A stretch of DNA of 64,000 nucleotides from Pristiophorus japonicus (lineage: Eukaryota). Under the pieces are notes generated by a model. That model was not told the DNA's origin. It was given only the letters and a program-made list of their open reading frames with translations, and searched no databases. The translations under genes and the position numbers were made by a program. The DNA is taken from positions 12,524,001-12,588,000 of the forward strand of contig NC_091977.1 of assembly GCF_044704955.1 (NCBI RefSeq), written 5' to 3'. This document shows, one piece after another, positions 26,055-38,774 of this stretch (its first letter is position 1; each line of letters opens with the position of its first letter).

Positions 26055-27363
26055 TAAAAGGGGATGCATTCATGGAGACCCCCCCCCCCAGTGTTTGGAC
26101 TCATAGGAAAGGGAATTCAAAATGGAGCTAAATTACAGAAGCTTGAGATCCCCTAAACATCTGTGGGAAGGAGCATATCAATTTTAAGATTCTACAACAT
26201 TTTGGCTGCGAAAAAGAGTTACCAAATATAGGAGGTGGGGCCAACGTCTGAAGCAAATTCTTGTATTAAGGATCCCAGGCTATTCACCCCCTAAGAGATA
26301 ATCGAATTACCCAATCAAGCACAATGTAAATCATGGTCAGGAAACTGGACAATCCTAAAACAATGCAAACCCAGTGATAGCACATTCTCACACCCTAATC
26401 GAGTTACTGCTGACAAAGGAGACATTTGAAAATCAATGGACAGAACAGTTTAAACAGAGCCCAAGAGATTTGATGGGAGATAACGGAGCCTTTTTTTGGG
26501 GGGATATATCTATCCCCCAGTTTTTACAAGAAAAAGGTAGCAGAACACAGACTGGAACTCGCACAGACTTGAACACAGACAGAAACAAGCAGCTGGAGCT
26601 GGGGAGTGAAGAAATGGAGTAGTGAAGGAAACTACAAGAAATCGTCAAGGACCGACCGAGCACGAGGCCCACGAAATGGAAGGTTGTCAGGAACCAAATT
26701 GACAACCACTCTACAATCTACTTCTGAACGATCCAGCGGGGGAGAAATTACCAAAAAGGACTAAATAAAACTAAAACCAAAGAAAGTGGGTACTTACCCC
26801 ATACATCCAAAACGCAACTTACCGCATCAACGGACGCACCCCAACCGAAGACTACGCAGTCCGAAGTCCTCTCCTCCGTCCAGGGTACGGCTCACCTAGA
26901 AGGCCAAGTGCAGCGAACCCCGAAACCGCGATTCACCGGCAGCTGTCTAAAGGGATTGGTGAGCATAACCCCTGAACCCTCAGAGCTATAACTTAGTTAG
27001 TTAGGGGAATTGGGAGGGGGGAGGCTGGGATAACTTGTGTAAATGTATCTGCATTCTCCTTTTTACCCCATTTAGAGTTTAAGCTGTATTCTTTTCCCCA
27101 CAGGCTGTAATTTGACATTTTATTCAATGTGTTGTACCCCTCAGTGTGTATTGGTCTGTGTGTGTTATTAAAGGTGTGCCTTTTACTTCTTTTTAAACAC
27201 AATAAAGCCATACCTGCTTCCTACCTTGAAACCGATTGTCTGTCCAAGTCTGTCACAGTCCTTTCATAATTCCAGTGTCTAGAACCAAGGGTGTGGGAGC
27301 GATTCGGAACCGCTCATATAAGGTCAGAAGGGAAAGCTGACCCCCTGCAAACCACCCCTTACA
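26055..27363 (+). mobile_element. Large (about 1.3 kb) solo-LTR-like element, copy A
   Basis: Collinear similarity to 31738-33152 at both ends and internally. It ends ACCACCCCTTACA, has AATAAA at 27201 and no coding capacity. The left boundary is approximate. Confidence 0.6.
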
Positions 27364-27699
27364 GGAGACACAGTCCAGACATTAAACTCGGAAACAGACT
27401 AAAGTCAGCGAACACAAGCCACTCTGTCACTTCTGTTCCTGTGGTCTGTGTTTCGGTATCACTCAGGAAGTGTGGGAGAACCTCAAACCCAGATATCTTT
27501 GAACTTCCAAACCATCATGTTTAGGGTTGAGTTTGATGTCAACCTTCAGATACTTGCTCCGTAGAGCTGGTTTATAGACTGTCTCTGCAGAATGCACAAA
27601 TACAGTATGTTGTGTGTCTCTCTGAAATAACAAATAAATGCAGTGAAATACACAGAATTGGTGACAGAGTTTTTTATTCGTTTATGTAGACGTCGCCGG

Positions 27700-28035
27700 T
27701 TTTTATTGCCCATCCCCAATGGCCCTTGAGAAGGTGGTGGTGAGCCGCCATTTCAGAGGGCAGTTAAGAGTCAACCACATTGCTGTGGGTCTGGAGTCAC
27801 ATACAGGCCAGACCGGGTAAGGGCGGCAGATTTCCTTCCCGAAAGGACATTAGTGAACCAGATGGGTTTTTAGACAATCCGGTAGTTTCATGGTCACCAT
27901 TACTGACACTTGCTTTTTATTCCAGGTATTTTTAATTAACTGCCAGCTGCCATGATAGGATTTGAACTCACATCTCCAGATCATTAGCCAGGCCTCTGGA
28001 TTACTCGTCCACCAATATAACCACTATACTACCGT
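27700..28035 (-). mobile_element. Short interspersed repeat (SINE or LINE 3' derived)
   Basis: A near-identical block lies at 33760-34035 (AGAGTCAACCACATTGCTGTGGGTCTGGAGTCACAT). Related tails lie at about 34060-34155 and 47400-47495. Confidence 0.65.
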
Positions 28036-28379
28036 ACCTGGTAAGTTATGGTAAGTTATCTTTGATCTTCCAAGACACCATATTATGGGTTGAGTTTGGT
28101 GTCAACCTTCAGACACTGGCTCTGCAAAATGCACAAATACAGTATGTTGTGTGTTTCTCTGAAATAAGAAATAAAGGTGGGGAAATACGACAGCATCTGT
28201 AAAGGGAAATGGTTGATGTTTTGGGTAGAGACCCTGTCTCAGAGCTGCCAATCAGAAGATAGACCAGCCCCATTATAGAACTTTGATTTATACAACACCT
28301 TTCACAACCTCAGAACATCCCAAAACATTTCATAGCTAACGAGGTACTTTTGAAGTGTTGTCACTGTTGTAATGTAAGA

Positions 28380-30670
28380 AACATAGAAACATAGAAAATA
28401 GGTGCAGGAGTAGGCCATTCGGCCCTTCGAGCCTGCACCGCCATTCAATAAGATCATGGCTGATCATTCACCTCAGTACTCCTTTCCTGCTTTCTCCCCA
28501 TACCCCTTGATCTCTTTAGCCGTAAGGGCCTTATCTAACTCCCTCTTGAATATATCCAATGAACTGGCATCAACAACTCTCTGTGGCAGGGAATTCCACA
28601 GGTTAACAACTCTCTGAGTGAAGAAGTTTCTCCTCATCTCAGTCCTAAATGGCCTACCCCTTATCCTAAGACTATGTCCCCTGGTTCTGGATTTCCCCAA
28701 CATCGGGAACATTCTTCCTGCATCTAACCTGTCCAGTCCCGTCAGAATCTTATACGTTTCTATGAGATCCCCTCTCATCCTTCTAAACTCTAGTGAATAA
28801 TAAGGTTCTCTGTAAATCAAGTTTTAGGAGGTTACACCAGTGGGCCGTCCGGTAACATTGCTCACAGTGAATTGTGGGGAACTACTTTTATAATGACAGA
28901 ATTATCAGGTCACAAACATTATTTTCAGTACTAAGTTTCTCAGCTAGCACGAGTTCCAGATGACCGACAAGAAGATTGCCAATAAGGATTTGAAGTGATT
29001 TGATTGAACATAAGAACATAAGAAATAGAAACAGGATTAGACCATTTGGCCCCTCGAGCCTGTTCCACCATTTAATAAAATAATGGCTGATCTGATCATG
29101 GACTCAGCTCCACTTCCCTGCCCGCTCCCAATAACCCTTTATTCCCTTATTGCTCAAAAATCTGTCTCTCTCCGCCTTAAATATATTCAATGACCCAGCC
29201 TCCACAGCTCTCTGGGGCAGAGAGTTCCACAGATTTACAACCCTCTGAGAGAAGAAATTCCTCCTCATCTCAGATTTAAATGGGCAGCCCCTTATTCTGA
29301 GACTATTCCCCCTAGTTCTAGTTTCCCCTATAAGTGGAAATATTCTCTCTGCATCCACTTTGTTGAACCCCCTTATTATCTTAAATGTTTCGATAAGATC
29401 ACCTCTCGTCCTCTGAACTCCAATGAGTACAGGCCCAACCTACTCAACCTATTTTCATAAATCAAACCCCTCATTGCCGGAATCAAACTACTGAACCTTC
29501 TCCGAACTGCCTCCAATGCAAGTATACCCTTCCTTAAATACGGAGACCAAAACTGTACGCAGTACTCGAGATGTGGCCTCACCAATACCCTGTACAGTTG
29601 GAGCAGGACTTCTCTGCTTTTATACTCTATCCCCTTTTTCAATAAAGGCCAACTTTCCATTTGCCTTCCTGATTACTTGCTGTACCTGCATACTAACTTT
29701 TTCTGTTTCATGCACAAGGACCCCTAGGTCCCTCTGTACTGCAGCACTTTGCAATTTTTCTCCATTTAAATAATAATTTGCTTTTCTATTTTTCTGCCAA
29801 AGTGGATAACCTCACATTTTACCACATTATACTCCATCTGCCAAATTTTTGCCCACTCACTTAACCTGTCTATATCCCTTTGCAGATTTTTTGTGTCCAC
29901 CTCACAATTTGCTTTCCCACCCATCTTTGTATCATCAGCAAACTTGGCTACATTACACTCGGTCCCTTCATCCAAGTCATTAACATAGATTGTAAATAGT
30001 TGAGGCCCCAGCACCGATCCCTGCCGCACCCCACTAGTTACTGTTTGCCAACTTGGAAAAAGACCCATTTATCCCGACTCTTTGATTTCTGTTAGTTAGC
30101 CAATCCTCAATCCATGCTAATATATTGCCCTCATCCCCATGAACTTTAATCTTGTGCAGTAACCTATTATGTGGCACCTTATCGAATGCCTTCTGGAAAT
30201 CCAAATACACCACATCCACTGGTTCCCCCTTATCCACCCTGCTCATTACAGCCTCAAAGAATTTCACCAAATTTGTCAAACATGATTTCCCGTTCATAAA
30301 ACCATGCTGTCTCTGCTTGTCTGAATTATCTTTTTCCAAATGTCCTGCTACTGCTTCCTTAAAAATGGACTCCAGCATTTCATCAACAACAGATGTTAAG
30401 CTAACTGGTCTATAGTTTCCTGCTTTCTGTCTGCCTCCTTTTTTAAATAGGGGCGTTACATTTGCGGTTTTCCAATCCGCTGGGACCTCCCCAGAATCCA
30501 GGGAACTTTGATAGATTACAACCAATGCATCCACTATCTCTGCAGCCACTTCTTTTAAGACCCTGGCATGCAAGTCATCAGGTCCAGGGGACTTGTCCAA
30601 CTTTAGTCCCATTATTTTACTGAGTACTACTTCTTTTGTGATAGTGATTGTTTTTAGTTCCTCCCTCCCT
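28380..30670 (-). mobile_element. Two CR1 LINE 3' fragments (28380-28800 and 29007-30670)
   Basis: (ATAGAAAC)n and (ATAAGAAC)n tails; RT motifs KFADDTK and [13 protein letters not shown]. Confidence 0.9.
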
Positions 30671-30967
30671 ATTGGTTACACGCCTCCTCCTTGCTATTGG
30701 TTACTGAAGCTGTCGTGTTGTGATTGGAAATTCTATTAGAATGATCATTCTCATTCCTTGTTGCTCTCTCATGTCGGACGCATTCTGTTCCCGTTCAGCT
30801 GTGATTTCTTGCTCTTCCATCAATGTGAAGTCTGAGCCAATCAGGTGTGAGTGAGTAAAGTGTTCCTTATTAAGCCGACATCTTGCTATAACTTCCTGTT
30901 ACAAAGCCCCTGAAACTAACCTTGTGAAATTCCCGAGCTTACCAAAAAAGCTACAGTCACTCTTCAA

Positions 30968-30981
30968 CCACTAGATGGCAG
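30968..30981 (+). promoter_or_regulatory. Candidate CTCF site
   Basis: CCACTAGATGGCAG matches the vertebrate CTCF core and lies in non-repeat DNA. Confidence 0.5.
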
Positions 30982-31371
30982 TGTGCCATCATCTATTATC
31001 CAACATCTATCCCTCTCTGAATCTATTTAATTGTCTATTTGTATAGATTTACCTTTCCCCCCCCAATCATTGTAAGGTCTAACACAGGCACCAGCAGCAT
31101 AAAGTAGAGGGAAGTCTTCCCCTGGCAAACTCCAACCATTTGTGCGCCAACTCCATTTATCTGACCTTGTTTCCGTTGGTCGCAGGAGGTGCTCACACAT
31201 CTTTCAGCCGTCTCTGGACGTCCACATCTGGCCAGTGCATTAGGCACTCCATCCGTCCTTCACCCTTTGCTCCACAATGGATGCCGTCATGCCAAGACCC
31301 CACTTAATCTAGCACGGTCAGCAGGCCAGTCCATCAGTGTGGAAGCCCCAGCAAGTGCCTTGATCATCGGA

Positions 31372-33389
31372 CAAAGAGTAATCGCAAAGGCTAATGGAAT
31401 GTTGGTCTTTATCTCAAAGGGGCTGGATTACAAAGGGGAGGGAGTGATGCTTCAGTTGTACACAACCGTGGAATACTGCACTCAGTGTTGGGCACTGCCC
31501 CTTAGGAAGGATATATTGGTCTTGGAGGGGGAACAGCGCAGGTTTACCTGAATGATACCAGGGATTAAAGGGTTAAATTATTAGGACAGGTTGCATAAAC
31601 TTGGCTTGTCCTCCCCTTGCGTTTAGAAGGTTGAAAGGGGTCTAACAGATGTTTAAAATGTTAAAGAGATATCGATAGGGTAGGGAAGTTATTGCCGCTG
31701 GTGGAGGAATCCAGAACAAGGGGAAATAATCTTAAAATGTGAAGGATGCAAAATTCACGAGAACCCCCCCCCCCGCAGTGTTTGGGCTCATCTGAAAGGA
31801 AATTTAATTTGGGACTATCTACCAGAATGTTTGGAACCCTAAAGTGCTTATGGAAGAAACTACAAACTTTAATCGAATTTTGGACTTTTAAAAAGACAAA
31901 TTCAAGGCTGTGATGGGCCTAAAGAACTAGCAGGAGACAACTTGATTATTGAGTCTGTCTGGGTGTCGGGGCTAACATAACTTGTCTGGAGAAATGGGTA
32001 TTCGAGAATCTTTCTCCACAAGAGACATTAACATTACAACAAATGACCCAGAGATAGCTAACCATCAACCTGAATCTGGAAAACCGTTTCAGCATATACA
32101 TCACAAAGAGGCCCAATCCAGCCTATATGCGAAAAAACTATGCACAAAAGGACATTGCGATTACCAAGCTAATATTTCCATCAGGAAACAGTTTTAGATC
32201 AGCCCACTCGAGACATATTAACTTTTAACGAGCCCGCCAAAATATTACAAAGAAAATTCAAGCCTGCCAAATTTAAACAAAGAATTCTGAACTGATTTGG
32301 CGCAAAGATTAGAATAACTCAAACGATATAACTGGCCCCCTGTTTTAACAGAGGGTATGCCATACTACACCAGGTGCTATACTGCGAGTATGCCATCAAG
32401 AAGGGAGAGAAACCAACACGACAGTTGTAAACTAACTTCTTCAGCCTCGAAGTCCTGAAGTCCTGAAGAAAGGAAGAACATCACCACCGCGGCAGGAACC
32501 GACCACAACCAACGAAAAACCACCGCGATCGATCAGACTCGAAACAAAACTCCAACTGGAAGAAACCGAAGAATCGAAAAGTTCCCACTCCACAATCTAA
32601 GGCCTGATTACCAATAAGTGAAAACATTAGCTAAAGAGACTTTGAACCTATTTCTAACGAAGGAAACCGGGTACTTACCCCATAGATCCTAAACACGCCT
32701 TACTGCATCAGCGGACTCAACCTAACTGAAGATTGCGTAGTAAGAAGTCTTCTCTGACGTTCGGGGTACGGCAAGCAGAACCTACAGAATTCAATGAACC
32801 CCGAAATCGCAAAGTACCGCTAGCTGACCAGAAAGGATTGGTAAGTATAGTCTCTGCCTGCCCTGGAGTCTAACCTAGCTAGAATTAGCTATTGGGAGGT
32901 GGGAGGTGTAATTTTTACTGTAACCCCCGTTGAATGTGTACTGTATTGTTCTTTATTAGTGTGATTATAAGTTTGACATTGCATTTTCTTGACTGTAATA
33001 AAATCAAAGTTCTTTTGCACCAAACCAGTTGTCCTTTGCATTTTGTCACATCCCCAAATAAATCCAGAGTCCAGAACCCAAGGGAGTGGGCGTGATTCGA
33101 ACCGCTCAAGTAGGTCAGAGGTGAACCTGACCCCCGGGACCACCCCCTTACAGAAGAGGCCATTCAGGAGTGAACTCAGGGAACACCCTTTCTCACACAG
33201 GGTTGTGAAAATCCAGAAGGCTGTGGATTAATTGCAATTTTCAATACGGAGATAGATTTTTGTTGGTAAGAATATCAAGGGATATGGAGTAAAGGTGGGT
33301 AAATGGAGCTAAAACACAGATTAGCCATGATCTCATTGAATGGTGGAATAGGATCGAGGAGCTGAATGGCTTACTCTTGTTCCTATGTA
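31372..33389 (+). mobile_element. Old CR1 3' fragment interrupted by LTR-like copy B
   Basis: KANGMLVFISKGLDYK on the left; RPFRSELREHPFSHRVV and the 3' tail TTCCTATGT on the right. Confidence 0.8.
31738..33152 (+). mobile_element. Large (about 1.4 kb) solo-LTR-like element, copy B
   Basis: TGTGAAGG...CCCCTTACA termini; it splits a CR1 and has AATAAA at 32997. No clean TSD was seen. Confidence 0.65.
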
Positions 33390-34249
33390 CGGTCAACAAA
33401 CCACTCCATCAGTGTGGGAACGTGTGAAAGTGTCTCAATTGTCAACTGATTTTCCCAACAACTGGAAAATCATCCTTAGCTTGTGAGATCCTCTAAAAAA
33501 AATTGTACAGAGCTATCCAGTGAATTGCTTTTAAATACTGCATGATAACGCAACGAATTGGACTGGGGTAGGCTATTCAGCCCCTCAAACCTGCTCCGCC
33601 TTGCAATAAGATCATGGCTGATCTTCGACCTCAACTCCACTTTCCTGCACTAGCCCCATATCCCTTGATTCCCCGAGTGCCCAAGAATCTATCGATCTCA
33701 GTCTTGAATATACTCAATGACTGAGCATCATAGCCCTCTGGGTTAGAGAATTCCAAACATCCATTTCAGAGATCAGTTAAGAGTCAACCACATTGCTGTG
33801 GGTCTGGAGTCACATATAGGCCAGACCGGGTAAGGGCAGCAGATTTCCTTCTCTAAAGGACATTAGTGAACCAGATGGATTTTTATGACAATCCGATAGT
33901 TTCATGGTCACCATTACTGATCCTAGCTTTTTATTCCAGATTTATTTAATTAATTGCTGTGGTGGGATTCTGAACTCGCGTCTCTGGTTCATTAGACCAG
34001 GTCTGTGGATTACTAGCCCAGTAACATAACCACTATCCCAGCGTTCTCAGGATTGATCATTGGCTCAAGAAAGCCATCACCACCTTTCAGGGCAACTAGA
34101 GATGGGCAATAAAATCTGGCCTGACCAGAGACACCCAAATCCTGAGGATAAATCAAAAGTTATTTCAGATTTATCATGTACCAATATCATATCATGATAA
34201 AGTCCAGATATATAATTATTTGAATTTTCAGTTCAGTTCAAGTAATACT

Positions 34250-37200
34250 TAGGTAAAAAAAAGACATGAGGTTCTACAAGACAAATTTAGGGAGCTAGGA
34301 GCTAAATTAAAAAGTAGGACCTCAAAAGTAGTAATCTCAGGATTGCTACCAGTGCCACATGCTAGTCAGAGTAGGAATCGCAGGATAGCTCAGATGAATA
34401 CGTGGCTTGAGCAGTGGTGCAGCAGGGAGAGATTCAAATTCCTGGGACATTGGAACCGGTTCTGGGGGAGGTGGGACCAGTACAAACCAGACGGTCTGCA
34501 CCTGGGCAGGACCGGAACCAATATCCTAGGGGGAGTGTTTACTGGTGCTGTTGGGGAGGAGTTAAACTAATATGGCAGGGGGATGGGAACCTATGAGGGA
34601 GACAGAGGGAAGTAGAATGGGGGCAGAAGCAAACGATAGAAAGAAGAAAAGTTAAAGTGGAGGGCAGAGAAACCTAAGGCAAAAAGCAAAAAGGGCCACA
34701 TTGTAGCAAAATTCGAAAGAGGCGAAGTGTGTTAGAAAGACAAGACTGAAGGCTCTGTGCCTCAATGCGAGGAGTATTCGGAATAAGGTGGACGAATTAA
34801 CTGCGCAGAGAGCAGTTAACGGCTATGATGTAATTGGCATCACGGAGACATGGCTCCAGGGTGACCAAGGCTGGGAACTCAACATCCAGGGGTATTCAAC
34901 ATTTAGGAAGGACAGCCAGAAAGGAAAAGGAGGCGGGGTGGCATTGCTGGTTAAAGAGGAAATTAATGCAATAATAAGAAAGGACATTGGCTTGGATGAT
35001 GTGGAATTGGTATGGGTGGAGCTGCGGAATACCAAGGGGCAGAAAACGCTAGTGGGAGTTGTGTACAGACCACCAAACAATAGTAGTGAGGTTGGGGACA
35101 GCATCAAACAAGAAATTAGGGATGCATGCTGATATGGCCTTACTATACAGTATAAATTCACACAAGGCCCATACTTGAGAGAAGATCACTCTGTGACCAG
35201 TTACCTTTATTACCAAGACTTCAAGTGATGAAGGTGGGTGGAGCTTCCCCTTTTATACCTGAAAGTCCAGGTTAGGAGTGTCTCCCACAAGTTCACCCTC
35301 TTGTGGTCAATGTTCTCAAGGTGTACAACTTAGGTCAGCTTATACATGGGTTACAATGATAGTTGAATACATGACACATGCAATAAAGGTACAGCAGTTA
35401 ACATGGGTGACTTTAATCTACATATTGATTGGGCTAATCAAACTGGTAGCAATGCGGTGGAGGAGGATTTCCTGGAATGTATTAGGGATGGTTTTCGAAA
35501 CCAATATGTTGAGGAACCAACCAGGGAGCTGGCCATCCTAGACTGGGTGATGTGTAATGAGAAAGGAGAAATTAGCAATCTTGTTGTGCGGGACCCCTTG
35601 GGGAAGAGTGACCATAACATGATAGAATTCTTTGTTAGGATGGAGAGTGACACAGTTAATTCAGAAACTAGGGTCCTGAACTTAAGGAAAGGTAACTTCG
35701 ATGGTTTGAGGCATGAATTGGCTAGAATAGAATGGCAAATGAAACTTAAAGGGTTCACGGTGGATAAGCAATGGCAAACATTTAACAATCACATGGGTGA
35801 ACTTCAGCAATTGTACATCCCTGTCTGGAGTAAAAATAAAATGGGGAAGGTGGCTCAACTGTGGCAAACAAGGGAAATTAGGGATAGTGTTAAATCCAAG
35901 AAAGAGGCATATAAATTGGCCAGAAAAAGCAGTAAACCTGAGGACTGGGAGAAATTTAGAATTCAATAGAGGAGGACAAAGGGTTTAATTAAGAGGGAGA
36001 AAATAGAGTACGAGAAGAAGCTTGCAGGGAACATAAAAACTGACTGCAAAAGCTTCTATAGATATGTGAAGAGAAAAAGATTAGTGAAGACAAACGTAGG
36101 TCCCTTGCAGTCGGATTCAGGTGAACTTATAATGGGGAACAAAGAAATGGCAGACCAATTGAATGAATACTTTGGTTCTGTCTTCACGAAGGAAGACACA
36201 AATAACCTTCCGGAAGTACTAGGGGTCCGAGTGTCTAGTGAGAAGGAGGAACTGAAGGATATCCTTATTAGGCGGGAAATTGTGTTTGGGAAATTGATGG
36301 GATTGAAGGCTGATAAATCCCCAGAGCATCCAGTGCATCCCAGAGTACTTAAGGAAATGGCCCGAGAAATGATGCATTGGTGATCATTTTCCCACAGTCT
36401 ATCGACTCAGGATCAGTTCCTATGGATTGGAGGATAGCAAATGTAACACCACTTTTTAAAAAAGGAGGGAGAGTGAAAATAGGGAATTATAGACCGGTTA
36501 GCCTGACATTGGTAGTGGGGAAAATGTTGGAATCAATCATTAAGGATGAAATAGCAGCGCATTTGGAGAGCAGTGATAGGATCGGTCCAAGTCAGTGTGG
36601 ATTTATGAAGGGGTAATCATGCTTATCAAATTTTCTGGAATTTTTTGAGGATGTAACTAGCAGAGTGGACAAGGGAGAACCAGTGGATGTGGTGTATTTG
36701 GACTTTCAAAAGGCTTTTGACAAGGTCCCACACAAGAGATTAGTGTGCAAAATCAAAGCACATGGTATTGGGGGTAATATACTGACGTGGATAGAGAACT
36801 GGTTGGCAGACAGGAAGCAGAGAGTCGGGATAAACGGGTCCTTTTCAGAATGGCAGGCAGTGACTAGTGGGGTGCCGCAGGGCTCAGTGCTGGGACCCCA
36901 GCTATTTACAATATACATTAATGATTTGGATGAAGGAATTGAATGTAATATCTCCAAGTTTGCAGATGACACTAAACTGGGTGGCGGTGTGAGCTGTGAG
37001 GGGGACGCTAAGAGGCTGCAGGGTGACTTAGACAGGTTAGGTGAGTGGGCAAATGCATGGCCGATGCAGTATAATGTGGATAAATGTGAGGTTATCCACT
37101 TTGGGGGCAAAAACGCGAAGACAGAATATTATCTGAATGGTGGCAGATTAGGAAAAGGGGAGGTGCAGCGAGACCTGGGTGTCATGGTTCATCAGTCATT

Positions 37201-37876
37201 GAAAGTTGGCATACAAGTACAGCAGGCAGTGAAGAAGGCAAATGGTATGTTGGCCTTCATAGATAGGGGATTTGAGTATTGGAGCAGGGAGGTCTTACTG
37301 CAGTTGTACAGGGCTTTGGTGAGTCCTCACCTGGAATATTGTGTTCAGTTTTGGACTCCTAATCTGAGGAAGGACGCTCTTGCTATTGAGGGAGTGCAGC
37401 GAAGGTTCACCAGACTGATTCCCGGGATGGCTGGACTGACATATGAGGAGAGACTGGATCAACTGGGCCTTTATACATTGGAGTTTAGAAGGATGAGAGG
37501 GTATCTCATAGAAACATACAAGATTCTGACGGGACGGGACAGGTTAGATGCGGGTAGATTGTTCCCGATGTTGGGGAAGACCAGAACCAGGGGACAAGGG
37601 GTAGGCCATTTAGGACTGAGATGAGGAGAAACTTCTTCACTCAGAGAGTTGTTAACCTGTGGAATTCCCTGCCGCAGAGAGTTGTTGATGCCAGTTCATT
37701 GGATATATTCAAGAAGGAGTTAGATATGGCCCTTATGGCTAAAGGGATCAAGGAGTATGGAGAGAAAGCAGGAAAAGGTTACTGAGGGAATGATCAGCCA
37801 TGATCTTATTGAATGGTGGTGCAGGCTCCTAGGACGGAATGGCCTACTCCTGCACCTATTTTCTATGTTTCTATGT
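34250..37876 (+). mobile_element. CR1 LINE (end of ORF1 SGNH esterase plus decayed ORF2)
   Basis: YKPDGLHL (ORF1), IGITETW and MGDFN (EN), KFADDTK (RT), (TTTCTATG)n tail. Confidence 0.93.
35130..35376 (-). mobile_element. Gypsy solo LTR with a perfect 5-bp TSD CATGC
   Basis: TG...CA termini; CATGC at 35125-35129 and 35377-35381. It shares GAACTTGTGGGAGACACTCCT with the LTR at 2927-3184. Confidence 0.9.
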
Positions 37877-38060
37877 TATTACATTGTATCCATGTTTAGA
37901 ACATGAACTAATATGCAAGAACTTATACTGACCAACTGGTAAAAAGCAAGAAAGACTTGCATTTATATAGCGCTTTTTAAGACTCCAGACGTTCCAAGAT
38001 GCTTTGCAACCAATGAAAGATTTTTGAAGCGTAGTCACTGTTGTAATATAGAAAATGGTG

Positions 38061-38655
38061 TACTGTAGACATCTCAAGTCGCTGGAGAAATACCACCAAT
38101 GATGTCTCCGCAAGATCCTACAAATCCCCTGGGAGGACAGATGCACCAACGAAAGCGTCCTCGATCAGGTCAACATCCCCAGCATTGAAGCACTGACCAC
38201 GTTTGATCAGCTCCGCTGGGCAGGCTACATAGTCTGCATGCCAGACACGAGACTCCCAAAGCAAGCGCTCTACTCGGAATTCTTTCATGGCAAACGAGCC
38301 AAAGGTGGGCAGCAGAAACGTTACAAGGACACCCTCAAAGCCTCCCTGATAAAGTGCAACATCCCCACTGACATCTGGGAGTCCCTGGCCAAAGACCGCC
38401 CTAAGTGGAGGAAGTGCATCCGGGAGTGCTCTGAGCACCTCAAGTCTCATCATCAAGACCATGCAGAAATCAAGCGCAGACAGCGGAAAGAGTGTGCGGC
38501 AAACTAGTCCCACCCACCCCTTCCCTCAATGACTATCTGTCCCACCTGTGACAGAGACTGTGGTTCTCATCTTGGACTGTACAGCCACCTAAGAACTCAT
38601 GTTAAGAGTGGAGCAAGTCTTCCCCGATTCCGAGGGACTGCCTATGATGATGATG
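38061..38655 (+). mobile_element. RTE LINE 3' fragment with a 13-bp TSD
   Basis: ATAGAAAATGGTG at 38048-38060 and 38657-38669; (ATG)n tail. Confidence 0.92.
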
Positions 38656-38774
38656 GATAGAAAATGGTGAATAGAGATGGGTTTAATATACAAACACCAT
38701 AGGCTACAAACCTCTATACAATGGAAGTGACTGGTGTTTTGGTCCATTGGAATTATATATAATGTGATAGTATA

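Noticed and set aside
31050-31130. Possible minus-strand TM exon SLYFMLLVPVLDLTMIGGG before a GTAAAT donor
   Set aside because: The hydrophobic run is short and contains Asp, and there is no suitable acceptor or basic stop-transfer cluster.
32720-32810. Hammerhead-ribozyme-like CTGAAGA...GAAA in LTR-like copy B
   Set aside because: The core is CCGAAGA in copy A, and the three required stems could not be built.
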